A stretch of DNA of 20,000 nt from NCBI RefSeq assembly GCF_004010195.1, contig NC_057728.1, positions 40,308,897 to 40,328,896 of the forward strand, given 5' to 3'. This DNA is from Chiloscyllium plagiosum (Eukaryota). Positions 1-10,022 of the stretch are shown here, piece by piece. The position numbers and the translations under genes were made by a program. The notes below the pieces were generated by a model. It did no database searches and was not told the origin of the DNA. It saw nothing but the letters and a program-made list of their open reading frames with translations. Numbering within the stretch: the first letter of the stretch is position 1; every line of letters begins with the position of its first letter.

Positions 1-390
1 CCCCATCCAGATGCCTTTTAAATGGTGTAACTGTACTGGCCTCCACCACTTCCTCTGGCAGTTCATTCCATACATGCACCACCCTTTGCGTTAAAAAGTT
101 GCCGCTTAGATCCCTTTTCAATCTTGCCTCTTTCACTTGTGCCCTCTGGTTCTCAACTCCCATACACCAGGGAAAAATTCTTATTTATTTACCTTATCCA
201 TGCCCCTCATGATTTGATAAACCTCTATAAGGTCACCACTCAGCCTCCAACACTCCAGGAAACACAGCCCCAACCTATTCAGCCTCTCCATATAGCTCAA
301 ACCTTATTACCTTGGCAACATCCTTGTAAATCTTTTCTAAATCCTTTCAACTTTAACAACATCATTCCTATAGGATGGAGACCAGTATTG
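1..390 (-). mobile_element. CR1-clade LINE fragment (3' part of ORF2), truncated by window start
   Basis: Strong similarity to the CR1 copy at about 10920-11300 (shared ctccaccacttcctctggcagtt.attccataca, ccttatccat..ccctcatgattt, cctattcagcctctcc). Confidence 0.88.
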
Positions 391-441
391 TATGGGAAGG
401 TGGTAAAAACAAGGACTGCAGATGTTGGAAACCAGTCTAGA

Positions 442-1273
442 TCAGAGTGGTGCTGGAAAAGCACAGCAGGTCAGGCAGCATCTGAGGAGCAGGAAAATCG
501 ATGTTTCAGGCAAAAGCCCTTCATCAGGAATGGAGGCAGGGTGCCTGCAGAGTGGAGAGATAAATGAGAGGGGGGTTGGGGTGGGGAAACTGGTGAAATC
601 CACATTGATGCCATGAGGTTGATGTCTTCTGAGGCAGAAGATGAGGCGTTCTTCCTCCAGGCATCGGGTGGTGAGGGAGCAGCGGTGAAGGAGGCCCAGG
701 ACCTGCAAGTCCTTGGCAGAGTGGGAGGGGGAGTTGAAATGCTGGGCCATAGGGCGGTGGGGTTGATTGGTACGGATGTCCCGGCGATATTCCCTGAAGC
801 GCTCTACGAGGAGGCGTCCAGTTTCCCCAATGCAGAGGAGACCGCATCGGGAGCAACAGGTACAATAAATAATATTGGTGGATGAGGATGGAAAACTTTG
901 GAAGGCTCCTTTGAGGCCTTGGATGGAGGTGAGGGAGGAGGAGTGGGCACAGGTTTTGCAATTTCTGCGGTGGCAGGGCAGGGTGCCAGGAAAGGAGGGT
1001 GGATTGTTGGGGGGCGTGGACCTGACCAGGTTGTTACAGAGGGAACGGTCTTTGCGGAAAGCAGAAATGAGTAAGGAGGGAAATATTTCTCTGGTGGTGG
1101 GGTCTGTTTGGACGTGGCGGAAATGATGTCGGATGGTGTGGTTTATGTGAAGGTTGGTAGGGTGGAAGGTGAGCACCAGGGGGGTTCTTTCCTTGTTATA
1201 GTTGGAGGGGTGGGGTTTGAGGGCAGAGGGGAGGGATGTGGACGAGATCCGTTGGAGGGCATCTTTAACTACG
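442..1273 (-). pseudogene. Penelope ORF C-terminal remnant (GIY-YIG endonuclease), probably inactive
   Basis: Frame is open, but YIG reads CIG and the usual REH reads REY. The RT is missing and a 37-bp duplication shifts the frame at the 5' side. Confidence 0.88.
497..531 (-). ncRNA. Minimal hammerhead ribozyme motif in Penelope pLTR (partly decayed)
   Basis: Minus strand reads attc-CTGATGA-A-GGGC-TTTT-GCCT-GAAA-CA-TC-gat: core boxes and stem II present; the stem III palindrome ACGT has decayed to ACAT. Confidence 0.7.
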
Positions 1274-1310
1274 TGTGGACGAGATCCGTTGGAGGGCATC
1301 TTTAACTACG
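1237..1310. repeat. Perfect 37-bp tandem duplication (2 copies)
   Basis: tgtggacgagatccgttggagggcatctttaactacg at 1237-1273 and 1274-1310. Confidence 0.97.
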
Positions 1311-1374
1311 TGGGAAGGGAAATTGCGGTCTCTAAAGAAGCAGGCCACCTGGTATGTTCTTGTATGGGAAGGTG

Positions 1375-2205
1375 CCCTGGGGGTGTGAAGAGGTGTTGGG
1401 AATGAAGGAGGAGTGTACCTGAGTGCCCCAGAGTGAACAGTCTCAGCAGAATGCTGACAGGGGAGGGGAGGGGAATATATGTATGGTCATTACATCCCGT
1501 TAGAGGTTGTAGAAATGGCAACTGATATTAGTTTGGATGTAGAGGCTGGTGGAGAGGTAAGGGAGGACCCAGGGTCTCTATCATTGTTGTGGGAAGGAAG
1601 GGAAAGGGTGAGGACTGAAATGCTGGAGATGGGTTGAACATGGTAGTGGGGAATTCTTAGTTGAGGAAAAAGGTGAATGTTTCTGAGGCCCCATTGCAGA
1701 AGGAGGCATCATTAGAACACATGCAACGTAGACAGAGAAATTGGAAGGATGGGATGTAATCCGTAAAGGAAGCAGGGTCTGAGAAAGTACAGTCTGGGTG
1801 ACTGTGAGAATCAGTGAGTTTGAAGTGGATAGAGGTGACCAGCCTATTCCCAGAAATCAAAACAGAGATATCATGGCAGGGAAGGGACAAGTCAGAGGTG
1901 GTCTGGGTGAAGATGAGGGTAGGTTGGAAATTGGAAGAAAAATTAATAAATTTGTCCAGTTACAGATAAGAGAAGGAAACAGCACCGATAATATCATTGA
2001 TATACTGAAGAAAGAGTTGTTGTGTCGGTGCCAGAGTAGCACTGGAACAAGGAATGTTCCATGTATCGCACAAGAGACAGGCAATACTGGGGCCCAATCC
2101 GGTAGCCATGGCTACACCTTTGACCTGAAGAAAGTGCAAGCATGAAAGGAGAAGTTATTCAATGTGAGCTCGAGCTCTGCCAGGTGAGGAGATGTGGTGG
2201 TGGAA
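1375..2205 (-). mobile_element. Older, degenerate Penelope-like element: RT C-terminal half/thumb and linker
   Basis: Broken frames give LELTLNNFSF, TSIHFKLTDSH, IPSFQFLCLRCMCSND. 1430-1620 parallels the linker of the 403-1359 element. Many stops and frameshifts. Confidence 0.88.
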
Positions 2206-2221
2206 AAGAATTCTGCCACCA

Positions 2222-2309
2222 TTTTCCTGAACTGAGGATACCCCACTACCATGGTTGATAGCGCCTTTAGCCGAGTGTGAGCTATCTCCCGCACTTCTGT
2301 CCTCACCTT
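2222..2309 (+). mobile_element. Inverted short Penelope ORF fragment
   Basis: Plus frame FLN*GYPTTMVDSAFSRV*AISRTSVLT is homologous to the minus-strand segment at about 1604-1670. Confidence 0.75.
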
Positions 2310-2359
2310 AAAAACTTAAGTAGAGGGAATTATAATGAAATCAGGATAGAGAAAAAAAA

Positions 2360-2660
2360 AACCTGAAAGAATTGTGGATATTGGAAATCAGAAACAAAAA
2401 CAGAAATGGCTAGAAAATCTCAGCAGGTCTGTGGAGACAAATTAGACTGAACATTTTGAGTCCAGTAACCTTTCTTCAGAACTGATGGTAGCCTAGGAAA
2501 ACATTAGTATATATGCAGAAGACAATGTAGGGGGTAGGGGGAGGAGTAAATGATAGGTGCAGACAGAGCTCAAAAAGAGAGAAAAACAGTTGGACAGACA
2601 GAGGTGTGGGTAAAAGTCAGCCTGGGAATATGAATAGCTGTTAATGGGGGCTATCATTAA
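2360..2660 (-). mobile_element. Penelope pLTR remnant (second family) with decayed hammerhead at about 2447-2483
   Basis: Same layout as the pLTR at 403-575 (ggaaatcagaaacaaaaacagaaa..ctcagcaggtct..ttcttcagaac). Minus strand reads gtt-CTGAAGA-A-AGGTT-ACTG-GACTC-AAAA-TG-TT. Confidence 0.7.
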
Positions 2661-2715
2661 TGTGAGGGGCTGAACAGTTTTCTCTTCTTATTATTTCTTA
2701 TTGTCTTATTAAGGA

Positions 2716-3062
2716 AGTCAGCCTCTCCCTATAACTCAAACCTTCCAACCTTGGCAACATTCTTGTAAATCTTTTCTGCACCCTTTCAAGTTTTCCAACA
2801 TCTTTCCTATAGCAAGGAGACATGAATTGAACACTGTATTCCAAAAGTGGCCTTGCCAATGTCCTGTACATCTGCAACATGACCTCCCAACTCCTATAAT
2901 CATTGCACCGACCAATAAAGGTAAATGTACCAAATGCCTTTTTCACTACTCTGTCTACCTGCGACTCCACTTTTAAGGAACTATGAACCTGCACTCCAAG
3001 GCCTCTTTGTTTGGCATCACTCTCCAGTGTATAAGTGTATAAGTCTCTGATTTGCCCTACCA
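2716..3062 (-). mobile_element. CR1 LINE ORF2 C-terminal fragment
   Basis: ORF 2698..3063: LGVQVHSSLKVESQVDRVVKKAFG..YRTLARPLLEYSVQF..LERVQKRFTRMLP. Confidence 0.93.
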
Positions 3063-3094
3063 TCTCAATTACTGTTCACAGTTCTAGTCTATTT

Positions 3095-3550
3095 ATTTAC
3101 AGAAGGACGTAGATGTATTTGAGATGGTTCAGAGGAGGTTTACTAGATTGGTATCTGGAATGTGTGGTTTTCCTATGAAGATTGGAATTTAGAAGAGTGC
3201 AAAATAATCTTTAGCACATAAGATCCTCAATGGTCTTGTGGGTCAGCCCAGAACTCAATGCTTCAAATCTAAGACTGTATTAAAATTGGGAGTTGTCCAT
3301 TTAGGAGAGAGATGAAGTTTTTTTCTCACTCTTACAGAGCTGTGCAACTTTGAAGCTTTGCCTCAGATGGTGGTGGTGGTGAAATACTTTTAAGGCCTAA
3401 GTGTATGATTCTTGTTAGGCAGGGAATCAAACTTCATCAGGATGGATGGAAATGCAGCATGCTAAATGCAAATAGATAGGCTACAATCTTATTGAATAAC
3501 GGATCATGCTTCACAGGTTGAATTGTCTACCTCCATTCTGAATTTGTATG
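3095..3550 (+). mobile_element. Old CR1-clade LINE 3' end
   Basis: agaaggacgtagatgtatttgagatggttcagaggaggtttactagattgg encodes RRT/KDVDVFEMVQRRFTRL, matching the CR1 motif seen at 2698-3063. Decayed 3' UTR with short tgtatg repeats. Confidence 0.72.
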
Positions 3551-4039
3551 CTTGTATGCAGTATATCCTAAATAACAATAAAGATTACAGTTCATAAGTA
3601 AGTTGTTGGCTGTTCAGTGCAATAAGACACCTCAACATCTAGACATCATAAAAAGAGTTTCATTTTTATAGATAACTAACTACATCTGACACAGAATATC
3701 CCCTTGTCAGACTGCAAATTGGAAATATGGCTATATATTGGCTGATTAGCAAAATTAGTGGATGCAATATAATATGGAGTACATATATATGGATTCCTGA
3801 TATGCACTCCAAAGTTCGAGCTTAGCACATGAATTTCTAAAATTACTTCTTCTATCCTGAATAACAGATTTCCAATTGGCTATTTTAACCTTTAAAGTGT
3901 GCCTGAATCAAGGTCTACCCAGATTCTGTGTTGTAACTTTTGTCCTTTTTTCGATGGGGTTGTAGGGAGGTCTTGGAGACAGCAACACATCAAAAGTGTG
4001 TGATGAAGGAAGTTCTCAACCAACTTGATCCATTCATAT

Positions 4040-4410
4040 GGGACCTGAACAAAAACAACCTTACCTGCTGAAGGTAGATATGGGTTCTACTGATGAGGCA
4101 GTTTGAAAGGTTACAAACTACAATCAGGCCAAGGTTATCAGTCCTGTGGAGGAGTGTTTCATTTCTCTCTTCAAGAAAAATGGCTCCTTTCAGAGCTATG
4201 ATGTGAAGGTGCCGGTGCTGGGCTGGGGTGGACAAAGTTAAAAGTCACACAACACCAGGTTACAGTCCAACAGGTTTATTTGGAAGCACAAGCTTTTGGA
4301 GTGCTGCTCCTTGGTCAGGTGGCTAGTCCTGGACTATAACCTGGTATTGTGTGATTTTTAACATTTTCAGAGCTGGCAGTCATCTTAGGAGTGGCAGCAG
4401 GCTCCTCTGT
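4040..4410 (+). mobile_element. Possible highly decayed Gypsy RNase H fragment, interrupted by the 4198-4364 insertion
   Basis: Broken frames give PEQKQPYLLKVDMGSTDEAV, SSRKMAP, ELAVIL and EWQQ, in the order of the Gypsy motifs PD...PF.LEVDAS..G.GAVL / FSRKL.PAE / ELLAI / EEWRH. Weak similarity. Confidence 0.3.
4198..4364 (-). mobile_element. 167-bp non-autonomous Penelope pLTR-derived element with inverted arms, decayed hammerhead and 10-bp TSD
   Basis: TSD tttcagagct at 4188-4197 and 4365-4374. Inverted repeat 4237-4269 / 4330-4362 (30 of 33 match). Hammerhead-like 4287-4321; minus-strand AATAAA at 4275-4280. Confidence 0.85.
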
Positions 4411-4425
4411 CTATTAATGAATCAT

Positions 4426-4695
4426 GGTTTATTGTCATTGTACTCTAAAATAAACAACATAGTAAAATACAGTGACAAGTTTCAACCCACACCACACCAC
4501 AATCCAACACTATCCGTGTTGAATAGTTTAAGAATAAAAAGAATGACAAGTTACAGCTGAAATAGAGTCAATCTTTGTTTTGTTTCCTCCGCCATAAGTC
4601 CTGAGTCGACTCACCTTCTACACCTGCTCTGCCACCTCTCCAGTGCCTGCGCCAGACCCGTGAAGTCACCACTTTTCAGATGCCATCTGTTTGGT
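4426..4695 (-). mobile_element. Possible short retroposon with Rex1-like 3' tail
   Basis: Minus-strand end cttgtcactgtat...gtacaatgacaataaa resembles the tails at 6978-7015 and 18660-18695. The body is not recognised. Confidence 0.33.
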
Positions 4696-5252
4696 GCTGA
4701 GACCCATTACAATGGCAGATTGAGCCTGATGCTACTCAGGCAAAATTGTTGTCAAATTTTGAGCCATTTTTACAAATGTATGAAGATATAAGTATGAGAA
4801 GATGTCAATATTCAATACAATGCATTATGCTGCGTTCACAATTCAGACAAGTAAAATCCATACCTTGTTGCAGACCCGCAGAAAAGAAATGATTGATGCA
4901 GAATAATTATGAGCTTTTATGCTCATTATATTCTGACTCTCAACTGTTACTTTTCTATCTTCAAATATAATTCAAACAAGTTATAAAACTCATAAAGTTA
5001 CATCCTTTCATGAAGAGATACCACAAATGCGCAGGTAAAAGTTGAGTTTTTGAGACCAATGTTCTAGGTTAACAATCATGTGGAAATGTTGTTACATGGC
5101 ACTATTTTGTGGTGTTGACATACATACTTAATTTGGACTCAAAAAAGTCTCTGCAGAGGAAGAAACACTAAAGCATTTGTATTAATTAAAATTTATAATC
5201 TAACTACTTAATTTGAATAAATGAAAACTATATTCATTTTCTTTTAGATAAT

Positions 5253-5379
5253 ACTTACACATTTTCAATGACGTCAAATCACTAACATCTCGAGGATCAT
5301 ACTTTGCTTATGAAGTTTCATGGCTATGTTCTCTGGAAAACGCAGGTTGACTCTTACCTGAGGTAAATGAAAAGTTAGC
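5253..5379 (-). other. Candidate recursive splice site plus 99-nt RS/poison exon (5357->5259)
   Basis: Minus strand: gCTAAC-ttttcatttacct-CAG|GTAAGAG, then 99 nt with stops in all 3 frames, then TGT|GTAAGTAT. Confidence 0.45.
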
Positions 5380-6677
5380 CATTTTTAGCTCAAGAAGTGT
5401 AGGGTCAACTTTTATGAGCGTTTTGCACAAATATATACCATATATTATTTCAATTATTCCCCATCCTAGAGATATATTTCAAAAAACATCACTAAAGCTG
5501 CAGAATCTCAACAACACTGTTCAACTGATAATTACATATAGAATATCCTTCATCTATGTGTATCTAAAGTATCAAAGTAATTGGTGAAAAATGTTATTGA
5601 ATGAAGACTGATTAATTTTCTGTACTTACAACTGACTTAAACTAATGAAAATATTTGGGATGCTAATAATTTTACCACCCAAGCCCAATAGGGTAGTCTA
5701 GCTTTACATACCTAAACATGATGAGCAATTTTATTGCTATTCTAAACATCTTAAAGAGTTGATGCCCCTTTAAAATTTTGCCTGAGGCAACTAAACAACT
5801 GAGACATTTTCTGTGCAAGGACTGTTTCTATTACAATCTACAATCATCTACATTCTTTTGTAAAACATGCAATACATAAGAATAATATTTAGACTGGTAT
5901 AAAAGGCCTTCAATAATCTTAGCAATGTTTAGTTTATTTTACAATATATTGATGCTAATTAAAACAATTATTGCATTACTTAAGGAGTAGCAGTAAGACA
6001 AAAGATGTGGAAAGTAGTAAAGAGGTCACCTGAGATAGCTCAATATCAACTATGTGAGAGTGGATAGGTTTTCAGATAGTTAAAATCTCTCACACCACTT
6101 GTTTTGAAATGCTGTTTGAGAAGCACAAATTATCTCACCTTAACAGACATACGAACTTCAATTCACTTTGACTTAATTTACATGATGCATTTTCTACTTA
6201 CAATGCTGTAAATCCATAATTTTTATAAATTTTCAGCATAGCCAGATGGAGAAAAACAATATTTGTATTTGGACATAGGGCTAAATGGAATAGTTTTTAA
6301 AAAAATTTCAGTAAGTACTAAAATGACAGATGGAATTCAAACATAGGCTGGTAAACTTTGAGTCAAAGAAACAATATGTTATCCTACTCTTTGATCAGGA
6401 TGACTGAATATGAAAAATAAGATAAGGCTTTGGGGTTTCAAATACATAGGCAACAGCATAAGTAAACAAAGTCATAGGAAATTATTGGAATTGTGTAGTA
6501 ATGATGAATTATATAATGCAGTGTCAAATGCAATTTTGTGTTCAATACTATCAGAAGGATTTTGAGACAGCAGAGAAAGAACAGCACAGATTAAGATGTT
6601 CCCTTGTATAAGGAAATGAAATATGAAAATAGTAATGCTATGGTCAAGAAAGTACATCAAAGTGTCTACTTCCTCAA

Positions 6678-6775
6678 GGGTCGAAAAGTGTAGCGTTGGA
6701 AAAACACTTCAGGTCACGCAGCATCCAAGGAGCAGTAGAGTCGACGTTTCAGGCATAAGCCCTTCATCAGGTATG
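6678..6775 (-). mobile_element. Solo Penelope pLTR fragment with the best-preserved hammerhead core (6741-6772)
   Basis: Homologous to 445-532. Minus strand reads c-CTGATGA-A-GGGC-TTAT-GCCT-GAAA-C-GTC-g. Confidence 0.85.
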
Positions 6776-7024
6776 TAACACACGTACCAACAGATTCAAG
6801 AACAGCTTCTTTCCCAATGTTGTCAAAGTTCTGAATGGGCCCCTCAAATTTTAAATTTAAATGTTGATCTCGCTGTTTGTGCACGTTCTCTGCAGCTGTA
6901 ACACTATTATTTGCTCTGTTCTATTACCCTAATGCACTTTGAATGGTATGATTTGCCTGTACTGCACACAAAACAAACCTTTTCACTGTACCTAGGTACA
7001 TTTGACAATAATAAATCAAATCAA
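6776..7024 (+). mobile_element. Rex1/Babar LINE 3' end
   Basis: Encodes TRTNRFKNSFFPNVVKVLN. 3' UTR with cttttcactgtacc, AATAAA and (tcaaa)n tail; parallels 18480-18725. Confidence 0.82.
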
Positions 7025-8115
7025 TTGGAAAACAAAAAATGTTTTTCATTGAAACAGAGATCAATGTGATGAAGGCTTAAGAGGAATAGATATAAATAGG
7101 TTGTATCTGTCATTAAAATATGACTAGACATAGATGTTTGACCAAATAAGTCTTAGGACAGAGGGCAGGAGAAACTTTATTTTCAAGCTGGTGTCAGTCA
7201 CACTCAAAAATACATGACTAACAAGATCAATTAGAACAGACACCATGCGAATCTTGAAGGGAATGAATTAGATACATGATTAAAGGCAAAATAGAATATA
7301 GAGATATGACAATAGGACAAGGAAGTAGCATTAGGGCAATTGCATATGGAGGATTAAAGGCTCTCTAGTTCTGAATTCTATGCTAAATTCTATGTAATTC
7401 TAAGCAATTCATTATCATAACAACATGACCTTCATAAAACTATTTCCAAAGAATTTCCTGGGGTGGAATGTGCAATTTTGCAAATGCATATTAATTTTAT
7501 GAGTATCCTGATTGAGATCAAGCTTTCAGATTATATCATAAGTACAATACCAAAGGTTAAACTGCTAATGACTTTTACCTGTTTCCTGGATGAGATTTTA
7601 AGAGATGAAATGATTGTAATGTTGGTGAATGCTAATGGAAGGACAGACGTTAATTCATTGAACAAGAATCTATAATCAGTTGAAATATAATCATTTTTAA
7701 CTAAATGATAGTGTAAGTCTAAGAGGTAGTATACAGCCGCTATAATAATTCCATTTGCACAGCTGACCATAAACCATTTATGGCATGAAGTGGTATTTAA
7801 CTGCTCTTAGAAGTATTTCTGATGATTCAGCAATGGCAAATGCAACAAATTAACAGCCCACTGTGAACACAGCTTGAAATGTTTCCTGTGTATGCAATAA
7901 TTGTTGCCACTTTTCTGTGGCTCAAACAATGTTCTAGGTGATACCAAATTGTTCAACATGGAGTCCTATCTAAAGGATAATACCTTTGTGAAAAACCTGC
8001 ACACCTTCTCCCAGAGTATGATATTATTTTCTTGAAATTGTTTCGAAATAAAATCTTCGTGCTGATACAAAAAAAATCACAGTTTCATTCTCACATGAAC
8101 TTAATTACCTGATTG

Positions 8116-8460
8116 CATAGAATCCCTACAGGGCAGATAGAGGTAATTTGGCCTAATAAGTGTGCACTGACCCTCTGAAGAGCATCCCACCTTATCCTTA
8201 TCCCCTACAGTTACCAAAGTTAACCCACCTAGCATGCACATCCCTGGGCAAATCCCTCGACACTACAGGGCAATTTAACATGGCTAATCCACCCAACCTG
8301 TATATCTTTGGATTGAGGGAGGAAACTAGAGTACCTGGCAGAAACCCACACAGACACAAGGAGAACGTGCAAACGCCACATGGACAGTTGCCTAAGGCTG
8401 GAATCGAACCATGGTCCCTGGCTCTATAAGGCAACCAACCTAACCACTGTGCCATCATAC
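8116..8460 (-). mobile_element. tRNA-derived V-SINE (HE1-like)
   Basis: A box TGGCACAGTGG (8444-8454), B box GGTTCGATTCC (8400-8410), V-domain gtttgcacgttctcc..gtttcctccc..tccaaaga, CR1-like tail. Confidence 0.9.
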
Positions 8461-9804
8461 CATCCAGTACTTGCAGGATAGTATATTTATGTAGAATACT
8501 TCATAGATTAACAGGGCGGAAACCTATATGAGCCTGAGTGATGTTGGCTATAGTAAGATTTGTGGCAGAATTACACAAGGTGTCTAGCGAGGCTTATCTT
8601 GATGTTAGGAGCAACTCATTGCGTCTTTTTATGTGTGTGCTAAGTGATGAGGTGAGTTCTTGTCTAGGTAGCAGCAAATTAGCAAGTAAGGGTGATTATA
8701 GCTTATTAAACCCGTTAAAATGATTTTATGGATATTTTGTTTGTGATCCAAAGCTAAATCTTGATGCATCTGTAGAAACATTTATCACAGTTACTGCTGG
8801 TTAATTTGCCTATGCTATTGAACTGTAACTAATTTAATTTTTATATTTTCTGTATTCAAAGGTTTCTGGCATAATTGAATACTTAGTATTTGATGGAATT
8901 GTGAATATTGTTTCTCCACCAGTAGGTGCAGTTGTCATGGTTAATATCAATATGGACTGAATGCAGTACAGTGAGGGGTGGAGTGCAAGAATCCAGAAGA
9001 AACATCCCTGGTTGTCATAAATAGAAGAAATATAATTGAGATGATATACTTCTGTTGTGATACTAGTACAGAAAATGCATATAATTATCATTTTGTTTTT
9101 CGCATTTTGTAATGGTGAAGATGTTTAGATAAAATGACATGGAAAGGAAAATATTTGTTTGACTCATTAGTGTGAAATACCAGTTCTGGTGTCAATACCA
9201 CTGATGTAAAGCCAAAGACTTCCATGTGCTTAGAAACGTGTTTGAGGACCTTCTGATACAATTTTCAAGCCTGCTAATTAGCCAATTTTTACACCTTGGA
9301 ATAATATAATATGTATAAGACCAGTGAAGACCTAATCAGCTCACCAATTTGTTCAGTTTTAGTGCATCTGATCCTGTACCCTCTCAAATATCCTATTTTA
9401 AGTTCTAGAAATATAAATATAAATATAAAAATAACTTTTTAAGAAGATCTTAAAGTTGGAAGAAAGCATTTTGACAAAAGAAAATCACATAAAAGGCCCA
9501 CAAATTTTATTATAAATTAATTCATAAAATGAATTCTAGATTCATGCCTGGTTTCTTGCCAAAAAATGTTGCTTTGCTCAAGTATGTAGTGAAAATATAC
9601 CAGAAATGAATGAGGAAATTCACCCTCAATGTACTGCCCAATCTAAATTTGATTGGAATGTTATTTCATATGCCACAAAAGCAAGCAGAGAAAAAGAAAA
9701 CAATTCTGAACAACATTTTTAAAATGTTTGCTCAAATTACCTGTACTGGCTTCTCACTGCTCCTAACAAACCATACAACTGAATGATCATTTCCCCTCTC
9801 TTAC

Positions 9805-10022
9805 CACCAAACTTCATGGGGATGTCCTACAGAGAGGAGGGACAACATGGAGTAAGGGAAAGGTGGGAAGTAGAGGCACATGCCTGAATTGGGAGGACCA
9901 GGCAGGTCTCTGCAAAACCCTTCAATGCCGCGCCAGTTCGGTGGAGGTCCACACGATTCACAACTTTGCCATTCAAAAGGACTAAACTTTTGAGAGGCGT
10001 CCAAGTATCATTGGAGACCAAA
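9805..10022 (-). other. Candidate host exon(s), product unidentified
   Basis: Acceptor tgtttcctcttctttttAG at 10023-10041 and donor TG|GTAAGA at 9805/9804. Internal acceptor tgttgtccctcctctctgtAG at 9827 defines a 22-nt micro-exon. Raised GC and retained CpGs; no TE similarity recognised. Confidence 0.4.

Larger units (their letters stand above)
403..1359 (-). mobile_element. Penelope-like element (Neptune-type), 5'-truncated: linker, GIY-YIG endonuclease and pLTR, with 15-bp TSD
   Basis: ORF 442..1299 has PLVLTFHP, a CHRRNCKTC Cys linker and NIIYC..CSRCGLLCIGETGR..ERFRE (GIY-YIG), ending in PHGIN. Direct repeat ttgtatgggaaggtg at 388-402 and 1360-1374. Confidence 0.93.

Noticed and set aside
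442..1299. 285-aa ORF as a domesticated or active nuclease
   Set aside because: It lies in a TSD-bounded, 5'-truncated Penelope copy, its ATG arises from the duplication frameshift, and conserved GIY-YIG residues are substituted.
1237..1310. 37-bp repeats as a CRISPR array
   Set aside because: Two adjacent copies with no spacer, inside a retroelement ORF, in vertebrate-type DNA.
124..2145. Multiple plus-strand ORFs of 60-150 aa
   Set aside because: Antisense shadows of G-rich CR1/Penelope sequence.
5248..5362. Plus-strand coding exon (ttcattttcttttAG ... GAG|gtaaat) mirroring the RS candidate
   Set aside because: Stops in all three frames and a weaker donor than the minus-strand sites. A non-coding plus exon cannot be fully excluded.
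7578..7668. Minus-strand exon FLFNELTSV...SRKQ|gtaaaa
   Set aside because: Weak acceptor and donor, AT-rich composition and no recognisable peptide; expected by chance.
8400..8460. tRNA genes at the A/B boxes here and at 10360-10414
   Set aside because: They are SINE heads running into V-domain and LINE-like tails; no complete cloverleaf.
9805..10022. Selenoprotein reading of the frame FGLQ-TGA-YLDASQKF...
   Set aside because: A single in-frame TGA with no recognisable selenoprotein homology or SECIS; another frame is open.
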